DNA of 64,000 bases from an uncultured Bifidobacteriaceae bacterium (GTDB taxonomy: Bacteria > Verrucomicrobiota > Verrucomicrobiia > Limisphaerales > JADLHS01), in the NCBI GenBank assembly GCA_964458575.1, contig CAYWMD010000027.1, positions 20,642-84,641 of the forward strand. The letters are read 5' to 3'. Shown here one piece after another: positions 31,909 to 41,207 of this stretch. Made by a program: the position numbers and the translations under genes. Numbering within the stretch: position 1 is the first letter of the stretch; each line of letters starts with the position of its first letter. The notes below the pieces were generated by a model. It was not told the DNA's origin and made no database searches. It saw only the letters and a list, made by a program, of their open reading frames with translations.

Positions 31909-34149
31909 TTACGCTTTGGCCGTCGTCTTGTCTGACAACACCGCCGATGCCATCACGTCGGACAAGCCGCTTTCTTTCGCCATCGCGTGTGCTGACTTTA
32001 GTAACGATTGCAGCCCGCTGTCCTTGGACGACGCGATCATTTTTCCGAGCAACGCGGCGACGGTCAGGTTCTTCAGGTCCTCGGTCTTGATGCCGAAATC
32101 CTTCACCCATTGCGCGAGCTGCGATTTGAAGAAGTCCGGGTCGCCGTTGAAGAACGTGTTCTTGATGTCGGACAACGTCTCGCTGTTGTTGACCATGCGA
32201 TCCACGGATTTCCCGTTGCCCACGGCGCGGACGATCTTCTCGAAGAAGTCGTTTTCACCACCGACGATGTCAATCTTGGCGGCCTTGAGCGCTTCCCCGA
32301 CAACTTCCGAGTGCGCGCGAGCGATGTCGCGATTGACGTTGATGGCCGCGAGTTCGACGTCGCGTTCCTTGGCAAGTTTGAGGCGGAATTCCTCGTGTTG
32401 CTGGCCGGCCTCGTGCAGAAGTTTCATCGCCTTCGCTTTTTCCTCGATGCCCTTCGCTTCGGCGAGCATCTTGGCCTGGATGCCGGTAGCAGTAGCCATT
32501 TCCTTGTCCTTCGTGCCTTCGGCTTCGGCTTCGGCTTGAGTCTGGGTGACCTTGGCGTGAGCATCGCCCTTGACCTGCTCCACTTCGGCCTCGGCGATGC
32601 CAACGGCTTTGATGGCTTCGGCATCGGCCTTCTTCGCGCTCGCCTTGGCAGTGATAACCTTGGCCTCGGCGAGTCCTTTCGCGGCTTCTTGCGCGGCGAC
32701 GCCTTCAGCTTCCTGCTCCATCGCAATGCGCTTCTTCTCGCTGGCCTTGGCTTCGGCGTCGGCAATCGTCTGAATCCGTTCCGATTCGCGCAAGGCAGCT
32801 TCCCGCCCCGCCTCGGCGGCGGTGACGGTTTTTATCTTATTGGCCTCGGCGAGGTTGCGATCCGCCTCCTTTTGCGCTTCGGCGGCAACGACCTTTTCAA
32901 CCTGCGCCTGCTTGGCGTTCATGTCCGCCTCAATGAGCGTGACTTCGCGGACGCGCTCGGCGGTCATACGGGCTTCGATGTTGGTCTTCTCCTCCTGCTG
33001 CTGCACGACGGCCTTTTGTTCAGCCACGACCACAGCGCGTTTGCGTTCCACCTCCACGGCGGCCTCGGCCACTTTGACTTCCTTGTCCATCTCAGCCAAT
33101 GAAACAGAACGTTCGCGGCGCACGCGGGCTTCCTCACCTTCTTGAACCGCTTCCTGTTCAAGGCGCTGTTTTTCCTTGCGGACCGTGAATTCGCGCTCCT
33201 GCACGGCGCGGTTCATATCCTGCGTGCGCAGCTGAATGGCTTCCTCGGCCTCCAATCGCTTGCCCTCCACTTCCTGCCGCCGGGCCTCGATGACCTTGCG
33301 GGCTTCGGCCTCTTCGTTGGCCTTGATCTCGGTAACGGCGCGCGTCTGTTTGGCGGTGTCTTCCTCGTTGCGACGCTTCTGTTCGCGCTTGGCGATGTCC
33401 GCGTCGGCGTTTTCCTTCTCCACCTGCACCTGGGCGCGCTGGGTGAATTCGTTGGCCACCACGCGTTCGCGCTGGGTGATCTCGGTGATTTTCTTGATGC
33501 CTTCGGAATCAAGGACGTTGTTGGGATCATGCTGATCGAGCGGGGTTTGTTCCAAATAATCAATCGCCACGTCCTGAAGCAGAAAACCGTCGAGGTCCTT
33601 GCCGATGGTGGCTTGAATCTGGTCGCGGAACTTGATGCGTTCGGTGAACAGTTCGTGGAATTCCATCTGCTTGCCCGCGGTCTTGAGCGCCTCCGAGAAT
33701 TTCGCCTCAAACAACTCGCGCAACTGCTCGATATCCGCCACGCGTTCCGGGGTCAACATCTGGGCCACTTTGCGGACGCTTTCCTCGGTGGCCTCGACGC
33801 GGATGTAAAAGGCCACGGTGATGTCGGCGCGGATGTTGTCCTTGCAGACGAGACCATCCTTGCCTTTGCGCGCGATCTCGAGCTTCTTCACCGAGATGTC
33901 CACGATGTGGTAATTCTGCAGGACGGGGAAACGCAGCATGTAGTCGAAGGACACGCGCAACCCGCCCATGCCGGTGGTAACGCCGGCGCGTCCGGGTTGG
34001 ATCTTGCGGATGCAGATGCCGATGATGGCAACGGCGACCAGGCAGATGACAATGAGCAGGGCAATGAGCAGATAGGTGAGCATAGGATGTAATCGGTTGT
34101 ATATTATCACCAACGCCGCGCGAGTCACCCTGTCAACCAGAGCGTCCAT
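31909..34149 (-). CDS. SPFH/Band-7 flotillin-like protein (YqiK-like) with very long charged helical region
   Basis: N-terminal TM LLIALLIVICLVAVAIIGI. SPFH core VSFDYMLRFPVLQNYHIVDISVKKLEIARKGKDGLVCKDNIRADITVAFYIRV. Then about 400 aa of E/A/K/R-rich heptad sequence and a C-terminal flotillin tail. Confidence 0.85.
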   Translation of the reverse strand: MDALVDRVTRAALVIIYNRLHPMLTYLLIALLIVICLVAVAIIGICIRKIQPGRAGVTTGMGGLRVSFDYMLRFPVLQNYHIVDISVKKLEIARKGKDGLVCKDNIRADITVAFYIRVEATEESVRKVAQMLTPERVADIEQLRELFEAKFSEALKTAGKQMEFHELFTERIKFRDQIQATIGKDLDGFLLQDVAIDYLEQTPLDQHDPNNVLDSEGIKKITEITQRERVVANEFTQRAQVQVEKENADADIAKREQKRRNEEDTAKQTRAVTEIKANEEAEARKVIEARRQEVEGKRLEAEEAIQLRTQDMNRAVQEREFTVRKEKQRLEQEAVQEGEEARVRRERSVSLAEMDKEVKVAEAAVEVERKRAVVVAEQKAVVQQQEEKTNIEARMTAERVREVTLIEADMNAKQAQVEKVVAAEAQKEADRNLAEANKIKTVTAAEAGREAALRESERIQTIADAEAKASEKKRIAMEQEAEGVAAQEAAKGLAEAKVITAKASAKKADAEAIKAVGIAEAEVEQVKGDAHAKVTQTQAEAEAEGTKDKEMATATGIQAKMLAEAKGIEEKAKAMKLLHEAGQQHEEFRLKLAKERDVELAAINVNRDIARAHSEVVGEALKAAKIDIVGGENDFFEKIVRAVGNGKSVDRMVNNSETLSDIKNTFFNGDPDFFKSQLAQWVKDFGIKTEDLKNLTVAALLGKMIASSKDSGLQSLLKSAHAMAKESGLSDVMASAVLSDKTTAKA

Positions 34150-34355
34150 ACCTCAGCATCACGCAACGTCCAGAACTGCCCAGTGGTTATCAGAACACCG
34201 AAATCCTTGCCAATACAATTCCGGCCAAAGTTTACAATGGGCCATCGGTCCTGGCGAGCCGCCGGGAAAGTTTGAATGCCAGGCGCCGTTGCTGCGTCGG
34301 GTGTTTGTCTCCGCGACAACGCGGTTGCGGAACATCCACACGCGAACTCCAGCGA

Positions 34356-36677
34356 ATGAATATGAAATCCCAAGTGCTGCTTGGGCTGATGTTGCTGGGC
34401 GGTTGTTCAAGCCTGACGGCGATGACGCTTGCCTCCGGCGGAAAACCCCGTTGCGTCATCGTCCAAGCAGCCGCCGCCACCGCGCCGGAGCGACATGCTG
34501 TTGCGGAGCTGGCGTTGCACCTGAACCTGATTACCGGCGCGACGTTTGAGATCAAAACCAATGCGGTTGAGGCTCCGAAAAGGGCCATCATCGTTGGCCG
34601 GGGTTCGCTCGCGATGAAGCTGTTTCCGGAAATCGAATTCGCGAAACTGGGCGCGGAAGAACTGGTCATCCGCACGAAAGGCAATCACCTGTTGCTCGCC
34701 GGCGGCCGGCCACGCGGGACGATTTATGCCGTGAACCGCTTCTTGCAGGAACAATGCGGCGTGCGTTGGTGGACGCCGTGGGCCACGAACATTCCGCATC
34801 GCGCCACGTTGCGCGTCGGCGATCTGAACGTGCGGCGGCAGCCCCCGTTCGAGTACCGCGCGCCGTTCTGGTTTCAGGGATTCGACCCGCTGTGGAAGGT
34901 CCGCAACAACGCCAATGATGAACATCGCCGCATTCCGCCCGAATGGGGCGGCTGCATCAGTTACAAGGGTTTTTGTCACACGTTCTATCCGCTGGTGCCA
35001 CCGGAAAAATATTTTGCCAGCCATCCCGAGTGGTACAGCGAACTCAAAGGCAAGCGGACCCACGAACGGGCGCAACTTTGCCTGTCGAATCCCGAGTTGC
35101 GCGATTTTGTCGTGGCACGGGTGAAGGAGTGGCTGCGCGAAGCACCGGAAGCCGCGATCATTTCCGTTACCCAAAACGACTGGCACGGCCAGTGTGAGTG
35201 TGCGAAGTGCAAGGCCATTGATGATGCGGAAGGCGGTCCGGCCGGCAGCATGATCACTTTCGTCAACTACGTCGCCGAGCAGATCGAGCCCGAGTTCCCG
35301 AACGTGGCGGTGGACACGTTCGCGTATCAATACACGCGCAAGCCGCCCAAAACGGTCAAGCCCCGGCCCAACGTCATCGTGCGCCTGTGCAGCATCGAGT
35401 GCAATTTCCGCGAACCGCTGGACGGACCGTCCAATGCCCGGTTCCTTGCCGACTTGGAAGGCTGGTCGAAAATCTGCCAGCGGCTTTACATCTGGGATTA
35501 CACCACTGATTTCCACAATTACGTCAATCCGCATCCGAACTGGTTCACGCTGGGTGCAAACGTGCGGCTGTTTCAGAAGTTTGGCGTGCGCGGGGTGTTC
35601 GAGCAGGGTTCGTATCAGGCCTATGGGGGCGAGATGGGCGAATTGCGCGTCTGGCTGCTGGCGCAACTCCTCTGGAATCCGCAGCAGGATGACCGCGCCC
35701 TCATCAAGGAGTTTCTCGAAGGTTACTACGGCAAGGCTGCCGCCAAACCGATTGGGCGCTACCTTGATTTAATGTATGCCGCCGCGGATGGATTCTACCT
35801 CGGCTGCTACACCAAACCGTTTCCGCCGCACCTGGAGTTCAAAGTTCTCCACGAAGCGGAAAAGTTGTGGCAACAGGCCGAGCAAGGCGCAGCCAGCAAT
35901 CCCGAGTTGCTGGCCCGTGTGCGCCTGAGTCATCTGCCGGTGCAACATGCGTTTTTGGCCGACTGGCAGCGTCTGCGTTACGATTGCTGGGAACAAAACG
36001 CTCGATGGCCCCTGCCGCAAACACTGAAAGCCGCCACCGCCGAGTTTGTTGAAAGATGCGAAGGCGTTCCGGACAAGAAGTGGTCGGTGGTGACCCGCTT
36101 AAGCGAACGCAAGTTCTTCGTGAGCGACTTCATAAGTTCGCTGACCAATGATCCGCCGGCGTTGCCGGCGTCCCCGCCGAAGCGCTTGAGCCGGCCCAAA
36201 CTGCCAGCGGACCTGAAGCCACAGAACCTCCGCGGCGCGGTGGATTTGCAGGACAACGTCGCGCGCCTCGCCAAGCCCGGCAAATGGGCGCAAATCCGGC
36301 CTGACCTGACGGCTTCCGACCGGCGGGCCGCGTGGATGCCCGGCAACCACAGCGAATGGGCGTTTCGCATTCCGGCGTCGAAAATCCCGAAGTCGCCGAC
36401 GGGTTCATGGCAGGTTTATGCCATCGTCCGCATCGAACCGAATGCGGCGGCCAGGCCCGATTCAATCGCGTTTTATGCCGGAGTTTACGACAACGCGGCG
36501 AAGGACTACCCGGCCAATGCGAAATTCCCGATCAACCAAACGGGCATAGATTATCGTTCGTATCTCATCGGAACATTCGAGCCGGGACCGGATCGGGACA
36601 TTTTTGTGTCGCCGGCCGGAAACGCGGATGCCAGCGCCGTCTGGGTGGACCGGGTGGTTTTGATTCCGCAGCGCTAA
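34356..36677 (+). CDS. DUF4838 domain lipoprotein (GH20-related putative glycoside hydrolase)
   Basis: Start placed at the ATG 34356 (MNMKSQVLLGLMLLGGCSS, lipobox LGGC). The ORF-track TTG at 34272 is unlikely. Characteristic DUF4838 blocks GTIYAVNRFLQEQCGVRWW, FCHTFYPLV and ISVTQNDWHGQCECAKC. Confidence 0.7.
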   Translation: MNMKSQVLLGLMLLGGCSSLTAMTLASGGKPRCVIVQAAAATAPERHAVAELALHLNLITGATFEIKTNAVEAPKRAIIVGRGSLAMKLFPEIEFAKLGAEELVIRTKGNHLLLAGGRPRGTIYAVNRFLQEQCGVRWWTPWATNIPHRATLRVGDLNVRRQPPFEYRAPFWFQGFDPLWKVRNNANDEHRRIPPEWGGCISYKGFCHTFYPLVPPEKYFASHPEWYSELKGKRTHERAQLCLSNPELRDFVVARVKEWLREAPEAAIISVTQNDWHGQCECAKCKAIDDAEGGPAGSMITFVNYVAEQIEPEFPNVAVDTFAYQYTRKPPKTVKPRPNVIVRLCSIECNFREPLDGPSNARFLADLEGWSKICQRLYIWDYTTDFHNYVNPHPNWFTLGANVRLFQKFGVRGVFEQGSYQAYGGEMGELRVWLLAQLLWNPQQDDRALIKEFLEGYYGKAAAKPIGRYLDLMYAAADGFYLGCYTKPFPPHLEFKVLHEAEKLWQQAEQGAASNPELLARVRLSHLPVQHAFLADWQRLRYDCWEQNARWPLPQTLKAATAEFVERCEGVPDKKWSVVTRLSERKFFVSDFISSLTNDPPALPASPPKRLSRPKLPADLKPQNLRGAVDLQDNVARLAKPGKWAQIRPDLTASDRRAAWMPGNHSEWAFRIPASKIPKSPTGSWQVYAIVRIEPNAAARPDSIAFYAGVYDNAAKDYPANAKFPINQTGIDYRSYLIGTFEPGPDRDIFVSPAGNADASAVWVDRVVLIPQR

Positions 36678-36915
36678 CACCGGCGCGCGGGCGTCCGCCC
36701 GCAGCAGGCACATTCGCAGAAATACCAGCTCGAAGCCTGTCCCTCACGCCTCACGCGTGACGCGGCGTGCTGCGTCCGGAAGGTCGCGCGTCGGGGCTGT
36801 TCTGGAAGTTTACCGTTGACAGTTGCCCATCGGGCGGGTGTATTGCGCCCATTTCGCCGAAGTCAGTTCCGCCCGGTTGGACTGCACTTGGCAGGCCTGA
36901 ACCACACAACTCAGC

Positions 36916-38040
36916 ATGAGCAAAAAGAAAATCAACGTCGCGATTGTCGGTCTCGGTTTCGGAGCAGAATTCATCCCTCTTTGGCAGAAGCATCCCCACG
37001 CCACCTGTTACGCCATCTGCCAGCGTAATGAAAAGAAGCTCAACGCCGTGGGGGATTACTTCGGCGTCGAGGTGCGCTACTCGGATTTCAACCGGCTGCT
37101 CAAGGACAAGAACGTTGACGTCGTCCACATCAACTCGCCGATTCCCGACCACGCGTGGATGAGCATCGCGGCGCTGAAGGCCGGCAAACACGTGGCCTGC
37201 ACCGTGCCGATGGCCACGAACATCGCCGATTGCAAGAAGATTGTGGATCTCGCGAAGCGCACCGGGCTCAAATACATGATGATGGAGACGGTCGTGTATG
37301 CCCGCGAATATCTGTTCATGAAGGAAATGCTGGACCAGGGCGAACTCGGCAAGCTTCAGTTCGTGCAGGCGAGCCATCAGCAGGACATGGACGGCTGGCC
37401 GAACTACTGGCCCGGCCTGCCGCCGATGTGGTACGCGACGCACTGTGTCGGACCAGTGGCGGGACTCATTGGCCAGCCGGCGGAATACGTGAGCTGCTTC
37501 GGCTCGGGGACGATTCGCAAGCGCCTCATCAAATGCTACGGCTCGCCGTTTGCCGTCGAAACCGCACACATCAAATTCAAGGGCACCGACGTCAACGCCC
37601 GCATCATTCGCAGCCTGTTCGACACGGCACGACAATATCGCGAGAGCATTGACGTCTATGGCACGAAGAAAGCCGTCGAGTGGCCGCTGATCGAACACGA
37701 ACCGCTTATCCTGCACACGGCGAAATTGCCCGAGCCTAAGATTCCCAAGCCGGTCAAATGCCCGGACTTCGCGTATCGCCTGCCGAAGAGCATCGCGAAA
37801 TACACGACGCAGGGCGTTTACGATGCGAGCAAGAAGACTCACCTGAGCTTCACGCAGGGCAGCGGTCATGGCGGTTCCCATCCGCACCTCGCGCATGAGT
37901 TCGCCATGGCGCTGGTCGAGGACCGCGACCCGTTCCCGAACGCGAAACAATCCGCGAACTGGACCTGCGTCGGCCTTTGCGCCCACGAATCCGCGCTCAA
38001 AGGCGGCGCGATTGTAAAGCTGCCGGCGTTCACCCTCTGA
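36916..38040 (+). CDS. Gfo/Idh/MocA-family oxidoreductase
   Basis: INVAIVGLGFGAEF Rossmann motif, NSPIPDHAW, and a C-terminal alpha/beta domain. Confidence 0.85.
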   Translation: MSKKKINVAIVGLGFGAEFIPLWQKHPHATCYAICQRNEKKLNAVGDYFGVEVRYSDFNRLLKDKNVDVVHINSPIPDHAWMSIAALKAGKHVACTVPMATNIADCKKIVDLAKRTGLKYMMMETVVYAREYLFMKEMLDQGELGKLQFVQASHQQDMDGWPNYWPGLPPMWYATHCVGPVAGLIGQPAEYVSCFGSGTIRKRLIKCYGSPFAVETAHIKFKGTDVNARIIRSLFDTARQYRESIDVYGTKKAVEWPLIEHEPLILHTAKLPEPKIPKPVKCPDFAYRLPKSIAKYTTQGVYDASKKTHLSFTQGSGHGGSHPHLAHEFAMALVEDRDPFPNAKQSANWTCVGLCAHESALKGGAIVKLPAFTL

Positions 38041-38081
38041 TTTCCTGACCAACCCAACCCAAAAACTTCTCAGCAAAAACT

Positions 38082-39671
38082 ATGAGCAACGTTCAAGTCA
38101 GCAATGAAGCCATCGCCCCGAATGCCAAACGATTGTTGTACGCCGGCTTCATGGCGATCTTCGCCGCCGGCGTCGGTTTCGCCATCCGCGGTGGCATCTT
38201 TGACAACTGGGGTGCGGCGTACGGCTTCACCGCCGCGCAACTCGGCGCGATTGGCGGCGCGGGTTTCTCCGGCTTCTGCTTTGGCATCATCATCGGCGGT
38301 GTGGTTTGCGACAAGATCGGTTACGGCAAACTGGTGATTCTCGCGTTCGCGCTGCACGTGCTCTCGGCGTTCGTGACCTTCACGGCGAGCGGGGCGAGCG
38401 CATATCCCAGTTTGTACTGGGGCATGTTCCTGTTCGCTTATGCCAACGGCACGCTTGAAGCCGTGGCCAACCCCCTCGTCGCCACGCTCTATCCGAACAA
38501 CCGCACGCACTTCCTGAACATTCTGCACGCAAGCTGGCCCGCCGGACTTGTTGCCGGCAGCGCCTTGGGCTGGCTGCTGGACGACCAGATGAAACTGAGC
38601 TGGCAGATTCAACTCTCGTTCTACCTCATCCCCACCATCGCCTACGGCGCGATGTTCTTCGGCCAGCACATGCCCAAGTCCGAGGCGTCCAAGAAGGGGT
38701 TGAGCCTCGGGGAGATGTTTAAGGACGTCGGAATTCTCGGCGGACTGGTCGTTTGCTACCTGCTGACCTTGTTCTTCCAAGGCGCACTGGGTCTGTCCTC
38801 CGGCGTGGCCTACGCTATTTGCGGGGTGTTATTGATTGTGGTGGCATTGATCACCCGGTTTTCCATCGGCTCAATTCTTTTGTTTGTCCTGTTCATCGCC
38901 CATGCGCTGGTCGGCGCGGTGGAACTGGGCACGGACGGCTGGATTCAAAACATCACCGGCAACCTGTTCACCTCGGCGCAGGGCAAGTACCTCTTCATGT
39001 GGACTTCACTCATCATGTTCAGCCTGCGCTTCTGCGCGGACTTCATTGAGAAGCGCCTCGGCATCTCGCCGGTGGGAATTTTGCTGGGCTCCGCGATCCT
39101 CGCGTGCGTCGGCTTGCAATTGTCCAGCAACATCACCTCCATCGGCATGGCCTTCCTGGCGCTGGCCGTTTATGCCGTGGGCAAAACGTTCTTCTGGCCG
39201 ACCATGCTGGCCGTCGCCTCGGATCGCTTCCCGCGCACCGGCGCCATTGCCATCAGCATCATGGGCGGGATCGGCATGTTGTCCGCCGGCATGATCGGCT
39301 CGCCGGGGCTGGGTTACGCGAAAGATCGTTTCGCCACCGAGGCCCTGGCCCAATCGAACCCGGCGGCCCTGGCCAACTACAAGTCGGATAAACCCAGCAC
39401 CTTCCTGTTCTTCTCCGAAGCCGCCGCGCTCGACGGCACGAAGTTGGCCGAGGCGCAAAAAGTCGCCGCTGACCAGCGCACGCCCGAACAGAAAGCCGTG
39501 GCCGAAGCGAGCATCGCCGGCGATCGCAAGACGCTGAAGGCCGACTCATTCATCCCTGGCATCATGGCTGTGATTTATTTGATCCTGCTCATCTACTTCA
39601 AAACCATCGGCGGCTACAAACCCGTCCACCTGCTTTCAACTGAGGAGCAGACCAAGACCGAGCAGGCGTGA
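38082..39671 (+). CDS. MFS transporter
   Basis: 12 predicted TM helices with an MFS-like duplicated 6+6 arrangement. Size 529 aa. Substrate unknown (sugar/organic solute, given the neighbours). Confidence 0.8.
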   Translation: MSNVQVSNEAIAPNAKRLLYAGFMAIFAAGVGFAIRGGIFDNWGAAYGFTAAQLGAIGGAGFSGFCFGIIIGGVVCDKIGYGKLVILAFALHVLSAFVTFTASGASAYPSLYWGMFLFAYANGTLEAVANPLVATLYPNNRTHFLNILHASWPAGLVAGSALGWLLDDQMKLSWQIQLSFYLIPTIAYGAMFFGQHMPKSEASKKGLSLGEMFKDVGILGGLVVCYLLTLFFQGALGLSSGVAYAICGVLLIVVALITRFSIGSILLFVLFIAHALVGAVELGTDGWIQNITGNLFTSAQGKYLFMWTSLIMFSLRFCADFIEKRLGISPVGILLGSAILACVGLQLSSNITSIGMAFLALAVYAVGKTFFWPTMLAVASDRFPRTGAIAISIMGGIGMLSAGMIGSPGLGYAKDRFATEALAQSNPAALANYKSDKPSTFLFFSEAAALDGTKLAEAQKVAADQRTPEQKAVAEASIAGDRKTLKADSFIPGIMAVIYLILLIYFKTIGGYKPVHLLSTEEQTKTEQA

Positions 39672-39766
39672 TGGAGTTGCGCGAGACTCTTTTCGATTTG
39701 AACGTGGCTCATTCGTGGGCCACTGGTCGTTCCGCTGAATCGAGCCGAAAGTAAACTCACTGCACC

Positions 39767-40663
39767 ATGCCAAATCCCTGGACCGGGAAAGGAAATCCCT
39801 ACACGCGCAAGGAAGTCGTCGAGCGCTTGCGAACCACGTTGAGCAAAGGCAACGCCATCCTCGCCGCCGGCGCGGGCACGGGCATCAGCGCCAAGTTCAT
39901 CGAGCAGGGTGGCGCGGACCTCATCATCATCTACAATTCGGGCCGCTTCCGCATGATGGGCCACGGTTCAACCTGTGGTTTGATGGCCTACGGCGACGCC
40001 AATGCCATCGCGATGGAGATCGGTGAGTACGAAGTGCTCCCGGTGGTGGAAGAGGTGCCGGTAATTTGCGGCGTCCACGCCACCGACCCGCGCCGGCGGA
40101 TGTGGCACTGGCTGGGGCGTGTGAAGGAGATGGGTTTCAGCGGCGTGAACAATTTCCCCACCCACACCATCGTGGACGGTCATTTCCGTGGCGTGCTGGA
40201 AGAGACCGGCATGAGCGTGCAAAAGGAATTCGAAATGGTCGCGCTTGCCCGCAGGATGGGTTTGTTCAGCATTGTCTATGTCGCCACGCCGGACGAAGCC
40301 GTGCAGATGGCCCAAGCCGGCGCGGATGCCATCATCGCGCATGTCGGCACAACCGTCGGCGGCAGCATCGGCGTGAAAAAGGCCGTCGTGACCTGGGACT
40401 TCACGATCAGGCGCACACAGGAAATCATCAACGCTGCTCGGCGCGTGCGGAAGGACATCTTCTTCCTCGCGCACGGTGGCCCGATTAACACGCCGGCGGA
40501 CGCGGATCGCGTCTTGAAAAACACGGACGCAGTGGGTTTTGTCGGTGCGAGTTCGCTGGAGCGCATGGGCGTGGAAGCATCGCTAACGAACCTCACGCGG
40601 GATTTCAAAAAACTGAAAGCGCCCGCCTCAAAAACTTTCGGCAACGCATCCCGTAGGAAATGA
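39767..40663 (+). CDS. TIM-barrel PEP-hydrolase-like protein (Tm-1 C-terminal-domain family, PF09370-like)
   Basis: About 298 aa. ILAAGAGTGISAKFIEQGGADLIIIYNSGRFRM and VGFVGASSLER are as remembered for this family. The partner UPF0261 gene lies 6 kb downstream. Confidence 0.55.
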   Translation: MPNPWTGKGNPYTRKEVVERLRTTLSKGNAILAAGAGTGISAKFIEQGGADLIIIYNSGRFRMMGHGSTCGLMAYGDANAIAMEIGEYEVLPVVEEVPVICGVHATDPRRRMWHWLGRVKEMGFSGVNNFPTHTIVDGHFRGVLEETGMSVQKEFEMVALARRMGLFSIVYVATPDEAVQMAQAGADAIIAHVGTTVGGSIGVKKAVVTWDFTIRRTQEIINAARRVRKDIFFLAHGGPINTPADADRVLKNTDAVGFVGASSLERMGVEASLTNLTRDFKKLKAPASKTFGNASRRK

Positions 40664-41091
40664 GCATTGCCCAACGCCGCTTCGTGACCGCCGCCGACAA
40701 GGTGGATTTTCTTTCGCCGTGGACCTTGGAGGAATGGTTCTGCCGTTCCGATATCGTGCCGAATCAGGAGTTGCTGATGGTCCGCGCGAACATGGAGCCC
40801 GGTCGTTCGCATCCGTTTCATACGCACCCCACGCGCGAGGAAATCATCTACGTGCTCTCCGGTCGTGCCGAGCAGTGGATCGGTCAGGAACATCGCATCC
40901 TCGGTCCCGGCGAGATGGTGTTGGTTCCAAAAGGTGAAGTTCACGGCACCTACAACCCGTTCCGCGAGCGACTGGTATTCCTCGCCATCCTCGCGCCGGC
41001 CAACGCGCCCGAGCCCGGCATCGTGGATGTTTCCACTCAAGCGCCCTGGGTCACGCTGCGCCAAAAGCACGGGCTGCCCGATTGCAAATGA
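40660..41091 (+). CDS. Cupin-domain protein
   Basis: HPFHTHPTREEIIYVLSGRAEQWIGQEHRILGPGEMVLVPKGEVHGTYN is the conserved cupin motif pair. ATGA overlap with the upstream gene. Confidence 0.75.
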   Translation: MSIAQRRFVTAADKVDFLSPWTLEEWFCRSDIVPNQELLMVRANMEPGRSHPFHTHPTREEIIYVLSGRAEQWIGQEHRILGPGEMVLVPKGEVHGTYNPFRERLVFLAILAPANAPEPGIVDVSTQAPWVTLRQKHGLPDCK

Positions 41092-41207
41092 CCCGTCGGA
41101 CTGAATCCTGAAACACAGTAAACCGCAGAGACGCGATGACCGGAGAGAAACCAGACCAAAAAATCTCTGCGTCTATCGCGCCTCTGCGGTGGTAGAGCCT
41201 CAACCGA

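Noticed and set aside
34407-35666. 419-aa minus-strand ORF inside the DUF4838 gene
   Set aside because: It is an antisense artefact.
36678-36760. GC-rich palindromes (gcgggcgtccgcccgc, tcacgcgtga) after the DUF4838 gene
   Set aside because: They are short with no T-tract and no second copy noticed. They are probably incidental.
36751-38076. 441-aa minus-strand ORF opposite the Gfo/Idh/MocA gene
   Set aside because: It is an antisense artefact. The plus strand has a Rossmann GxGxxA motif.
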